From an uncultured Rikenellaceae bacterium (lineage in GTDB: Bacteria; Bacteroidota; Bacteroidia; Bacteroidales; UBA932), in assembly GCA_937906485.1 (NCBI GenBank), contig CALCYB010000083.1, positions 1 through 55,864 on the forward strand: a DNA stretch of 55,864 bases. Direction: 5' to 3'. The position numbers were made by a program, and so were the translations under genes. The notes under the pieces are model-generated. The model saw only the letters and a list, made by a program, of their open reading frames with translations, was not told where the DNA came from and searched no databases. Below, piece after piece: positions 9,873 through 19,258 of this stretch; the first letter of the stretch is position 1; the number at the start of each line of letters is the position of its first letter.

Positions 9873-12800
9873 TTACTTGGGTGCGCTGGAATACTGGAAC
9901 GGACAATCCCTCAATTCCGGACGACCATTGCAGATGACCCAGGTCTTAGTAAAATCCAAACTTGTTCCATCCCAATAATCCGAATCGCCCATCTGGTCCG
10001 TGCTAAAGACATTGACACTCTTCGGCCACAAATCCTTGGAGGTGTCATAAGAGTCTGCCAAGGTATAACAGTCACTGTAATCGGCACTGCCATCCTGGGT
10101 CCCCATAATTCCATTTCCATGAGGCACATAACCATAATTGATGCATTTGTCTGTCAGACTATGGTAGGCCGCACAGCCGACGATACCACCGGGATCATTA
10201 TCCAGACTGCAGGGAATCGGTCCTGCATTATAACAGTTCTGGATGATGGAATTTGACTGGTTCCCCATATTGGCCTTTTCCAGGTACCCCAATATACCAC
10301 CCACATAAGAATCTGATGTTAACGAAGATACCTCCCCATAATTGGCAGAATCCCGCATGCTGACGTTTGACTCGACATAACCGTTTGCAGAGCCCATCTT
10401 ACCGGCAATACCGCCCACGCAGATGTTTGTTCCACTCCCGGTAATCGTGCCAAAATTCACACAATACTGAACGGTACAACGACGGTCGTGCCCTTTCCCA
10501 AGAATACCTCCGACTGCAGGATAAGGACTCGAATCGTTGGAATTTGCGGTCACCGCACCATAATTGGCAGAATGATGTATCTTACACCAGTCCGTATCAT
10601 CGTTACCGCTCATTCCTCCAACTACCCCGCCTACAAAATTACAACCTGTGACGTTGCCCAGATTCACACAATAATTCACATAAGGCTCGGCACTACTGTA
10701 CTGCATGTGACCGACAATTCCACCAAAGTTATCCGCTCCTGTGACTGTACCGTAATTGATACATTCCTGTACCTTACCCCGCTTCTCTATTTCGCCGACC
10801 ACTCCACCGGCATAATTGGCCGCTGTAAGGGTTCCGGCAAACGAACAATCATCCACCACAAGATCGTTATCGAACGAAACAAACCCGATCACGCCGCCGG
10901 TATAATTTCCATTCCCGGTCACATATCCATCTACATGAATACCGTTCACGTGGGATTTGATCACATGGCCGATCGCTCCAGCGATGTATCTGGTCCCCTC
11001 TTTGGAGTCGTACGGAGACACATGACCATCAAAGGTCTTCTTCAAACTACTGGCAGCAGGAATGGTCGGTGTTGTCCTTTTCAAGTCATAACTGTTGTCC
11101 GCATCAAAGATACCCTCTTCCAGCAATCCGATCAGACCGCCCACCTTAAAAGGGCCTTTGATGTAGATCCCCCCTGTGCCCACACAACTGTTCGTCCAAA
11201 CAATACCGACTTTATAGGCATTCCCGGCAAAACCACCGACCCAACCATAGTCTTCCGTATTGAAAGGAGAGGTTACATTTGCGGCAACAGAAAGGTTGTT
11301 CACTGAGATAATTGAGGTCTCGGAACCGGCGCCTTCGATTTTTCCAACAAAACCTCCGACATACTTCTCCGCTTCACAATAATAAGGTGTTTCAACGATT
11401 TCATTGGATCCGAATACAAATCCATCCAGGGTGATTTTTCCGGATCCACTCAGCTTGGCATACCCCAACCCTCCTCCGACATAGGTCTTGCTTTTGATCG
11501 GAGCACTGATGCTGACATTGTTCAAGGTAAGATGCTGGGACAGTTCCGCGTGCCCGACATACCCCCCTACGTAGGAATCGTTGTTGGAGCTGATGACCAG
11601 GGCCAATTCCCCATCCTTGATGGTACTGGCGGCCGACAACGACTCAATATAACCGATCAGACCACCGATTTTGGATTGTCCATGGACAATCCGGACATCA
11701 TCGTTGTATTTATTGGGTGCATGCAGCAAACGGACACCACTGATCTCAAAGGAGGAATTCAACACATGGCCGACAAGCCCGCCCACATAATTTCCGCTTG
11801 CCTGAACCTGGAAGATGTCTGCACAGACCTCTTCCTGGTAATCACTTCCGCCAAAATTTTCAATCGAACTGGTGCTGACCGTATGAAAACCCGATACAAT
11901 CAGTTGGGCATCCTGCAGTTTCCCGACAGCCCCACCGACCGCATTTCCGGAAGAGGATTGGACAACCAGATTGGTTTTACAATTCTTCAGGGTAAGCACA
12001 GCAGAGGCGGTGACACTGCCGATAAAACCACCGACAGAAGATTGTCCCTGAAGGGAACCGGTAATCGCCACATTCTCCAACACTACCGTTTTGCTCACTG
12101 TACCGGCAACAACACCCACCTCCGAAGCCGTATTCATAAAGGATACGTTCTTCAGGTACAAGTTCTTGATGACAGCCCCATTTTCCAGGGATTTAAAAAT
12201 CCCCCTCTTGCTGTCGGTCGTACCATTTCCTGAGCCGACATAGTTCAGATTGGCAATGTAATGTCCGTCTCCGTCATAACTGCCGGCAAAACTCATATTC
12301 CCCAGCGTCCGGTTGCTTTCCATCACACCGCTGGTCCAATAGAAGCTTTCTGTCTGCTTGAAATACAACCCTTTCCCCTTTGTTTCGTCAACGTTCAGGT
12401 GATTCAAGAAGTCATTGAAGTTGGTAGTGGATGCAATCTCGAAGGGTTCACTTTCGGTCCCTTTTCCATCCAGGTACTGACCAAATCCTTCTTCTTCAAT
12501 CTCATCATCCAACTCGTCAATCTTGGTCACCTGGCCTCCGGAAAATTCCACCAGGTAACGCTTGGCGATTTGCGTCAGAAAATGCTTTGAAGTCAACACA
12601 TAATCATCGTCCGGAATCGAAATGGTTGAAGGCACCGTGATGGACACCTTCATGTACTCATCCGTAAATTCACAACTGGTCTTCAGCGTCAAGATGGTTG
12701 ACGTCCGGTCTCCGATAATCTTGACCTCAAAATTTCTCGGGGTATCCACTTCCCAACGAAGCCGCGTATAGAAAGTCGTCACGGAATACCCATCGTAATA

Positions 12801-12908
12801 CTGGGTATGAGGCTCACGCAACACACCCTCGTCCTTTGAACAAGCCACAGCCGCGAACACCAAACTTGCCAGGATCAGACATTTTAACAATTGTTTCATA
12901 CAGCTCAT
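9873..12908 (-). CDS. GLUG-motif repeat surface lipoprotein (1011 aa)
   Basis: Signal peptide with lipobox (VFAAVAC-SKDE). More than 20 degenerate ~25-30 aa repeats of the type N(Y/F)G.V.G....VGG(I/L/V)(V/I)G. An alternative ATG lies at 12899. Confidence 0.85.
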   Translation of the reverse strand: MSCMKQLLKCLILASLVFAAVACSKDEGVLREPHTQYYDGYSVTTFYTRLRWEVDTPRNFEVKIIGDRTSTILTLKTSCEFTDEYMKVSITVPSTISIPDDDYVLTSKHFLTQIAKRYLVEFSGGQVTKIDELDDEIEEEGFGQYLDGKGTESEPFEIASTTNFNDFLNHLNVDETKGKGLYFKQTESFYWTSGVMESNRTLGNMSFAGSYDGDGHYIANLNYVGSGNGTTDSKRGIFKSLENGAVIKNLYLKNVSFMNTASEVGVVAGTVSKTVVLENVAITGSLQGQSSVGGFIGSVTASAVLTLKNCKTNLVVQSSSGNAVGGAVGKLQDAQLIVSGFHTVSTSSIENFGGSDYQEEVCADIFQVQASGNYVGGLVGHVLNSSFEISGVRLLHAPNKYNDDVRIVHGQSKIGGLIGYIESLSAASTIKDGELALVISSNNDSYVGGYVGHAELSQHLTLNNVSISAPIKSKTYVGGGLGYAKLSGSGKITLDGFVFGSNEIVETPYYCEAEKYVGGFVGKIEGAGSETSIISVNNLSVAANVTSPFNTEDYGWVGGFAGNAYKVGIVWTNSCVGTGGIYIKGPFKVGGLIGLLEEGIFDADNSYDLKRTTPTIPAASSLKKTFDGHVSPYDSKEGTRYIAGAIGHVIKSHVNGIHVDGYVTGNGNYTGGVIGFVSFDNDLVVDDCSFAGTLTAANYAGGVVGEIEKRGKVQECINYGTVTGADNFGGIVGHMQYSSAEPYVNYCVNLGNVTGCNFVGGVVGGMSGNDDTDWCKIHHSANYGAVTANSNDSSPYPAVGGILGKGHDRRCTVQYCVNFGTITGSGTNICVGGIAGKMGSANGYVESNVSMRDSANYGEVSSLTSDSYVGGILGYLEKANMGNQSNSIIQNCYNAGPIPCSLDNDPGGIVGCAAYHSLTDKCINYGYVPHGNGIMGTQDGSADYSDCYTLADSYDTSKDLWPKSVNVFSTDQMGDSDYWDGTSLDFTKTWVICNGRPELRDCPFQYSSAPK

Positions 12909-12925
12909 ATCTATTATTTTCTATT

Positions 12926-15796
12926 TTACCGATAAATTGAATTGTTGGGTATCGGATAAGAAACTCCGGTTGAACCCGTCGGAACTTCAGGAATCCGCCA
13001 GGGTTGGTCTGCTCCGATGGACCACTCTTTATAACTGGAGGGCAAGGGCAATTGCTCTGAGGTCAAGCCTGTCGCATGATAATAACTAAAAATATCGGAC
13101 TGATTCTTGAAATAATAGATACCCTCACGCGTATCGTATTCTTCCTCATAACTGCTATCGCCATAAACCCCCGACCAGGAATTCATATCTGCCAGACCTA
13201 TGGAATGGAGTACCGTGTACTCATCATCCAGGTATCCGACCAGCTCTCCACCATACCCGGGCCCATTGCCTGCATTCAGACAATGACTCAAATAGCCTCT
13301 TTTTTGGAAACGTCCCACTATACCGCCTACCTCGTCAGCACTGCCACCGGAAATCTCCCCAAAATTGACACATTGAGTGACCATCACGATATTATCCTGA
13401 TAATCCGTCAACCCTTTCACGATAGAATTCATTCCTCCAACAGTAGAACAGAACAAACCTGCCAAGACCGGGGCAAGCGAGCCCTCAGAGACAATGGCCA
13501 GACCAACCATAGCAACCACCTCGGTAGCCAGAATCAGTCCCGCAGCAATCTGATAACTCGTTTCATGCTTTTCATTCAACTCATTCACCTGCTCTGCCCG
13601 TTCGTGCATCGCCAGATTCAGGCTGTCGTTGAACATTCTGACCTGTTCTTCCAACTGCAGGTAATTGGTCAACGAATCGACGGCTCTCGGATATTCATCC
13701 TTCAAGTTGGTCAAGGCCAATCCGCTGGCAAGCGAGAAAGTCTGTTTCTCCCGAAGCGCCTTCAACTCAGCATTCATCTCATTCAGATCCTTCTCCACGG
13801 TCTCTACAATACGCGAAGCAATGGCATGGACGTGGGGATTATTGGCATGATAGCCCGAAACCGAGATAAAAGCGATCTCTGTTGCATCAACAATCACATC
13901 CACAGCAACTTCAATGACCAGAACAACCGCTGATGCCACCCCATTGAGTGCATGGTGGGCAATAGCCAGCGTAGGACCGACAATCGCTCCGGCTACAATC
14001 TGTATCACCCCGAAAGCAATTTCAGCTTTATTCAGAGGGCTTAACTCCTCTTTCATCCCCATTTCTGCCACAATCCCACCAACCGGTGAGTTCGCGCCAT
14101 GAATCTTACCATAATTTGCAGAGTAATGAATCAGAGAATTGTTGACGGCATACCCGACAATGCCGGCCGCATGCGAGCCACTTCCGGTCACCTTTCCCAA
14201 ATTCTGCACATCGGCGATGATCCCCATGCAGGTATTCGCGACAATACCCGCAACATAATCACCAGAAGCTTCCACCTCGCCATTGTTCACAGAATTATGA
14301 ATCGCGGCATATGCCGTATTCCCGGCAAATCCCCCTACGAAATCTTTTCCACTGACCTTCCCTTCATTAATACAACCGTAGCAGGCCAGTTGAGCCTCTC
14401 CACACAGACCACCGATGTTTCGCTCACCCGACACCCTTCCGGAATTCTTACAATAACGCAGATAAACATTATTGAACACATAACCGGTCTCTTCACTATA
14501 ATAAGAACGAGTACTACCAATGATGCCGCCCGTACCTTCGTATCCTTTCACCGTACCCTGGTTCTGACAGGCCGTAATCCAGCCAGCTCGCGCACCACCG
14601 ATAATTCCCCCGAAAGAACGCTGCGTCTGATCGATGTCCGAAATCGGTCCTTCCACAACAGCCTCTTTCAAATTCTTGGAGCCCACAATATTGACCGTAT
14701 CCCCTACGGCAATGATTCCACCGGCACTCCCCTTGTTCACCTTCACGGAACTGCTGTTTTCGCAAAGATTGATCAGGATGCTGGAACGTTGGCCTCCTGC
14801 ACCAATGATTCCACCGGCATTGTAATCCGCGGACACCTCTGACTCTCTGGACCGGCATTCCGCAATATTCAAGATGGTTCCAGCATCCACAGCCCCCAGC
14901 ACTGCTCCCACAGACGCCCCATCCTCAAAACTATAGGCCTCCGAACTGTAAACCTCGCAATTGATCAGGTGGGTCGTATCAGGCGTTCCCCCCTTCGATA
15001 TGGCGATTCCGGCCAACACACCAACCCCATAAACCCCCTTGACATAAGAATGTTGGACGGTCAGGTTCTGGATCGTCGCTCCACCCAAATAACCAAAGAG
15101 CCCTAGCGCAACACCATTGGACAAACCGTCAGCAATCGCCTTCACATATTCAATGTAGTGATGGTTGCCATCGTACACCCCCGAAAACGGATTGTTGTTG
15201 TCGTAACCGATCGGTGTCCAGAAATGGACGGGATCACACAACTCCACTTCCTTTTTCATGTATTTCGCCTCAATATCAGCCTCCTGACAAAAATAAACCC
15301 CTTCCGTCGGATAACTGTTGGTAAACTTGCGGATCCGTGAAAGATGCTCAGCTGCTGTAACGATGTAAGGATCTTCCGGAGTACCTTGTCCGCTCAGACC
15401 GCTCAACGGATCGTACGTATCCAACACCTTGAACGTACCCTTTGCGAACTCAATCCGCATCCCCAGTCCGAAAGTACGGTCCTCGTCATACTCAAAAAAT
15501 AACAGACGATAAACGCCTTCCCTCAAGCCCTTATCCATCGTAACCAACGAAAGAGAATTCTCACGCTGATGCACGCACTCGCGGGTAATCACAGAACCAT
15601 CCGGTGCAAGAATATGGCACACCAGGTCCTTCTCAAAGAACCCCTGCAACTGCTCACTCAATTGGAAGACCTTGTGCTCACCCACAAAGCCATCCGTATC
15701 AGGCCCCACAGGATCATGCTCATCTTGGGCACACTGAGCCAAGAGCCCCAATGAGAGGAGAATAATTCCCCAAAAAGTCAATCTGATATTCTTCAT
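12926..15796 (-). CDS. GLUG-motif repeat lipoprotein (956 aa) with an internal hydrophobic/coiled-coil module
   Basis: Lipobox LLAQC-AQDE and GLUG-type repeats (GGIIG, VGGFAG, AAGIVG). It lies 17 nt upstream of its paralogue. Confidence 0.85.
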   Translation of the reverse strand: MKNIRLTFWGIILLSLGLLAQCAQDEHDPVGPDTDGFVGEHKVFQLSEQLQGFFEKDLVCHILAPDGSVITRECVHQRENSLSLVTMDKGLREGVYRLLFFEYDEDRTFGLGMRIEFAKGTFKVLDTYDPLSGLSGQGTPEDPYIVTAAEHLSRIRKFTNSYPTEGVYFCQEADIEAKYMKKEVELCDPVHFWTPIGYDNNNPFSGVYDGNHHYIEYVKAIADGLSNGVALGLFGYLGGATIQNLTVQHSYVKGVYGVGVLAGIAISKGGTPDTTHLINCEVYSSEAYSFEDGASVGAVLGAVDAGTILNIAECRSRESEVSADYNAGGIIGAGGQRSSILINLCENSSSVKVNKGSAGGIIAVGDTVNIVGSKNLKEAVVEGPISDIDQTQRSFGGIIGGARAGWITACQNQGTVKGYEGTGGIIGSTRSYYSEETGYVFNNVYLRYCKNSGRVSGERNIGGLCGEAQLACYGCINEGKVSGKDFVGGFAGNTAYAAIHNSVNNGEVEASGDYVAGIVANTCMGIIADVQNLGKVTGSGSHAAGIVGYAVNNSLIHYSANYGKIHGANSPVGGIVAEMGMKEELSPLNKAEIAFGVIQIVAGAIVGPTLAIAHHALNGVASAVVLVIEVAVDVIVDATEIAFISVSGYHANNPHVHAIASRIVETVEKDLNEMNAELKALREKQTFSLASGLALTNLKDEYPRAVDSLTNYLQLEEQVRMFNDSLNLAMHERAEQVNELNEKHETSYQIAAGLILATEVVAMVGLAIVSEGSLAPVLAGLFCSTVGGMNSIVKGLTDYQDNIVMVTQCVNFGEISGGSADEVGGIVGRFQKRGYLSHCLNAGNGPGYGGELVGYLDDEYTVLHSIGLADMNSWSGVYGDSSYEEEYDTREGIYYFKNQSDIFSYYHATGLTSEQLPLPSSYKEWSIGADQPWRIPEVPTGSTGVSYPIPNNSIYR

Positions 15797-15976
15797 AAAG
15801 TAGCAAATAGTAGCAATGTTTAGTAGTGTTATGTAGTAGTATCAAAACACAAATCATAAAATTAAGCAGCAAAAGTAATAAATATTTTGGATATAAATTT
15901 AGTTTTTATGTCATTAATTTAATAACTTTTTGCTAAAAGTTATCAACAATTAAGCAAGCATCCCAAAGAAATGCAT

Positions 15977-15984
15977 TATATTTG
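15977..15984 (+). promoter_or_regulatory. -7 box TATATTTG for the amidohydrolase/PNP pair
   Basis: Matches TAnnTTTG, 16 nt upstream of ATG 16001. Confidence 0.4.
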
Positions 15985-16000
15985 TAAAAAATAAGACAGC

Positions 16001-17404
16001 ATGAGTGAACTATTGATAAAAAACGTCACCCTGGACGGTAAACAAGTTGATATACGTATCTCGGGCAACCGGATTCTGGAGATCAACCCCATCCCCCAAG
16101 ATGGACCCGGCACTTCCGGTGTCGAATCCATCCTTTCAGGTATTGCCGGTTTCTTCTCCGGCATATCTTCGGGTGACCACCATTCCGGAAAACTCCCCGA
16201 CATCGCCAAATCCGGCATGTCCCGCAGCGCCCGGGAAGCGGCCACCGTACAAAAGTTGCAGGTAATTGACGGTACCGGCAAATGGGTAATCCCTGGACTG
16301 ATCAACATGCATACCCACTCGGGAATGACCATGACCCGTGGTGTGGGCGAAGATATGCCCCTAAGTACCTGGTTGGACCTGATCTGGGAAATAGAACAAG
16401 GCCTTAATGAAGACATCATCTACTGGGGCACGCGACTGGCTTGTCTGGAAATGATCAAATCCGGAACAACCTGTTTCAACGACCAATACTGGATGATCGA
16501 CTCGGCGGCCCAAGCCGTTGAAGAAGCCGGAATCCGAGCTTTCCACTCATACGTCCTGCTTGATGGAGGGGATGCCCACAAAGCAGCCCGTCAACGAAAG
16601 GAAGCAGAAGAGACGTTCGAGCGTTCAAAAAAATGGGATCCGCTCAACCATTTCACCATCGCCATCCACGCCCCCTACACCGTATGCGAAGAAAACATGC
16701 GTTGGGCAGGTGAATTCACAAAGGAAAACAACCTATTGATCCACACTCATTTATCAGAAACAAAAAACGAAGTGGACACCTCCCTCCAACGCTACGGAAA
16801 AACCCCTATACGAAGAATGTATGACCTGGGACTGCTCTCCAACCGTGTCATTTCCGCCCACTCCCTATGGCTCAATGAAGAAGACATTGCCTTACTGGGA
16901 GAAAACGGGGTCACCACAGTCCACAACGTCAACTCCAACCTCAAACTGGCCTCCGGCTACCGATTCCTCTACAAGGAACTGGCCGCAGCCGGTGCCAATG
17001 TCACCCTCGGAACCGACGGATGCGGGTCTTCCAACAACCTGGATATGCTGGAAGCCATGAAGACTTCCGCCCTGCTGCAAAAAGCCTGGCGTGAAGATCC
17101 GGCTGCCTTGTCGCTTCAAGAACTGATGGAAATGGCCACCGTCAACGGAGCCAAAGCACTGGGACTCAACACAGGAAAAATCGAGGTTGGTGCCCTGGCC
17201 GACCTCAGTTTGATTGATGTGAAAAGTTCAGCCTTCACCCCGATGCTCGACTTCTACTCGAACCTGATCTACTCAGCCAACAGCTCTTGTGTTGACACGG
17301 TCATCTGCAACGGCAGCATCGTCATGCAGAATCGACAAGTCCCCGGCGAAGAGGAAATTCTAAATAAGGTCAACGAACTTTACAAACAACTGATTGCAAA
17401 ATAA
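16001..17404 (+). CDS. mtaD: Amidohydrolase, 5'-methylthioadenosine/S-adenosylhomocysteine deaminase-like
   Basis: PGLINMHTHSGMT metal-binding HxH motif, HTHLSET and GTDGCGSSN. The gene sits next to a purine nucleoside phosphorylase. Confidence 0.75.
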   Translation: MSELLIKNVTLDGKQVDIRISGNRILEINPIPQDGPGTSGVESILSGIAGFFSGISSGDHHSGKLPDIAKSGMSRSAREAATVQKLQVIDGTGKWVIPGLINMHTHSGMTMTRGVGEDMPLSTWLDLIWEIEQGLNEDIIYWGTRLACLEMIKSGTTCFNDQYWMIDSAAQAVEEAGIRAFHSYVLLDGGDAHKAARQRKEAEETFERSKKWDPLNHFTIAIHAPYTVCEENMRWAGEFTKENNLLIHTHLSETKNEVDTSLQRYGKTPIRRMYDLGLLSNRVISAHSLWLNEEDIALLGENGVTTVHNVNSNLKLASGYRFLYKELAAAGANVTLGTDGCGSSNNLDMLEAMKTSALLQKAWREDPAALSLQELMEMATVNGAKALGLNTGKIEVGALADLSLIDVKSSAFTPMLDFYSNLIYSANSSCVDTVICNGSIVMQNRQVPGEEEILNKVNELYKQLIAK

Positions 17405-17430
17405 TAACCTAACACCCAAAATATACAGCC

Positions 17431-18258
17431 ATGAGCGAACAAATGATTGCCATCCAACAAGCCGCAGACTATCTCAAGACACGCCTCCAAGACAGACAAC
17501 CCGTTGTAGGTATCGTGTTAGGCAGTGGGCTCGGCCGCCTGGCAGAAGAAATCCAACACCCGATTGTCATTCCCTATGCCGATATCCCCAACTTTGTCAA
17601 ATCCACCGCACAAGGCCACAAAGGCAACCTGATTGTCGGAGAACTCGGTGGCAAATTCGTCATTGCCATGCAAGGGCGTTTCCATTACTACGAAGGCTAT
17701 CCGATGAGTAAAGTCACCCTTCCGATCCGCGTCATGATCCGTCTGGGCATCCAGGCCCTGTTCGTTTCCAACGCTGCCGGAGGCGTCAACTTTGATTACC
17801 GCGTAGGCGACCTGATGATCATCCGTGACCACATCAATCTGCTTCCTAATCCCCTCATAGGCCCCAACTTGGATGAATTTGGTCCCCGTTTCCCTGACAT
17901 GACCCGCCCCTACGACCTGAACCTCATCCGCCGTGCCGAACAAATTGCTGCAGAACTGACCATCCCGCTCCGAAAAGGCGTATACCTGGCCAGCACCGGC
18001 CCGACTTATGAAACCCCGGCCGAATACAAATATTTCCGACTCATCGGAGCTGATGCCGTCGGTATGTCCACCATCCCGGAAGTCATCGTCGCCCGCCATG
18101 CCGACGTCCCGGTATTCGGTATGTCCGTCATCACCAACGAGGCCCACGACGATTATGCCGAAGACTTCAAGAATGACGGAGACGACGTTGTACGCGCAGC
18201 CAACGCCGCCGCCGACAAAATGATTGCCCTGTTCCGACGCCTGATCGAAACCTTTTAA
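17431..18258 (+). CDS. Purine nucleoside phosphorylase (inosine/guanosine type, PNP family 2)
   Basis: VLGSGLG...GRFHYYEG...VSNAAGG...GPTYETPAE...[12 protein letters not shown] motifs. Confidence 0.92.
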   Translation: MSEQMIAIQQAADYLKTRLQDRQPVVGIVLGSGLGRLAEEIQHPIVIPYADIPNFVKSTAQGHKGNLIVGELGGKFVIAMQGRFHYYEGYPMSKVTLPIRVMIRLGIQALFVSNAAGGVNFDYRVGDLMIIRDHINLLPNPLIGPNLDEFGPRFPDMTRPYDLNLIRRAEQIAAELTIPLRKGVYLASTGPTYETPAEYKYFRLIGADAVGMSTIPEVIVARHADVPVFGMSVITNEAHDDYAEDFKNDGDDVVRAANAAADKMIALFRRLIETF

Positions 18259-18495
18259 CCCATCAAGCATCGGGGGAGTTGGTCGCTCAGAATACACGAT
18301 CAGCTACAACAAACGTTAAACACCTAGCATTCAACATATATAACAAATATGTATTTATCAAAAACATTTTTGTTACATCGTTTTTTTTACGAAAACTCTC
18401 TAAAAAAGTCACTGACAGGACATCGCAAACACACTTCCCGCAGATCGGTTTTATGCAACAGCAAATAGAGTAGTCCTTCTTGGTTTTTCGGAAAG

Positions 18496-19149
18496 TTATT
18501 CTTCTTCGGGATTGATCTCTTTTAGGCGGCGGGAGACTTCGGCGTAGAGATCGTTGTGGGGGTCATAATGCAGTCCATAGAAACCCAACTCTTCTGCCGC
18601 CCGGATATTTGCCAGTGAATCGTCAATGAACAAGGTCTCATGCGGATCAATCTTGGTTTTCTTGAGCATTTTTTGAAAAATGGAGGCATTAGGTTTGGCA
18701 TCCTTCATCTTGTAGGAGAGAAATAAAGTTTCAAAAAGTTCCTCCATTTTGTAGCCACGTTCTTCAAACATTTCCCGTACGCGGACCATTGAAATCGGAT
18801 TGGTATTGCTGAGTAGGAAAATTCGGAAATCATGGCGGTAAAACAGCAACGTATCAATCTTATCCTGAGGAAGATCCTTCATGTAACAATTCAGGGCAAA
18901 ATCAATCTGGTGATCACGCACTTTCTCTTTTCCCGGCTCGTCCTGGGAATTGATACGGATGATGTTGCGGAACTGACGGGCAGAAATGGCGCCTGTCTCG
19001 AATTTATCAAAGAATCCCAACTGACGGTAGGTTCCGAAAACGGCAGCGAAATCCTTGTACCTGACAATCTCATCAAATGCCCGCAAGCAACTGATCCGAT
19101 TGAGGTTAATCAAAACACCACCCAAGTCAAAAACCAAATTCCGTATCAT
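18496..19149 (-). CDS. HAD-IA family hydrolase
   Basis: Motif I VFDLGGVL, motif II LLSNTN and motif IV FIDDS. Confidence 0.8.
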   Translation of the reverse strand: MIRNLVFDLGGVLINLNRISCLRAFDEIVRYKDFAAVFGTYRQLGFFDKFETGAISARQFRNIIRINSQDEPGKEKVRDHQIDFALNCYMKDLPQDKIDTLLFYRHDFRIFLLSNTNPISMVRVREMFEERGYKMEELFETLFLSYKMKDAKPNASIFQKMLKKTKIDPHETLFIDDSLANIRAAEELGFYGLHYDPHNDLYAEVSRRLKEINPEEE

Positions 19150-19232
19150 ACTACAAATATAGGACTTTTTTTTCTCTCCGATAAATAATTAACTTTTTCT
19201 TTCAGAAGTAAATAAGAATGCATTCTTTTTGT

Positions 19233-19240
19233 TATATTTG
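19233..19240 (+). promoter_or_regulatory. -7 box TATATTTG for the acetyl-CoA synthetase gene
   Basis: Matches TAnnTTTG, 18 nt upstream of ATG 19259. Confidence 0.4.
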
Positions 19241-19258
19241 CAAAATAAATAAGCGCTT

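Noticed and set aside
9873-15796. Periodic DNA similarity inside the GLUG genes, considered as a possible CRISPR or tandem DNA repeat.
   Set aside because: The repeats are degenerate at the DNA level, lie in one continuous reading frame and encode the GLUG protein repeat. There is no repeat-spacer architecture.
19154-19161. A TATATTTG box on the minus strand upstream of the HAD hydrolase gene.
   Set aside because: It lies only 4 nt from the ATG (19149), too close for a normal transcription start, so I did not list it as a promoter.
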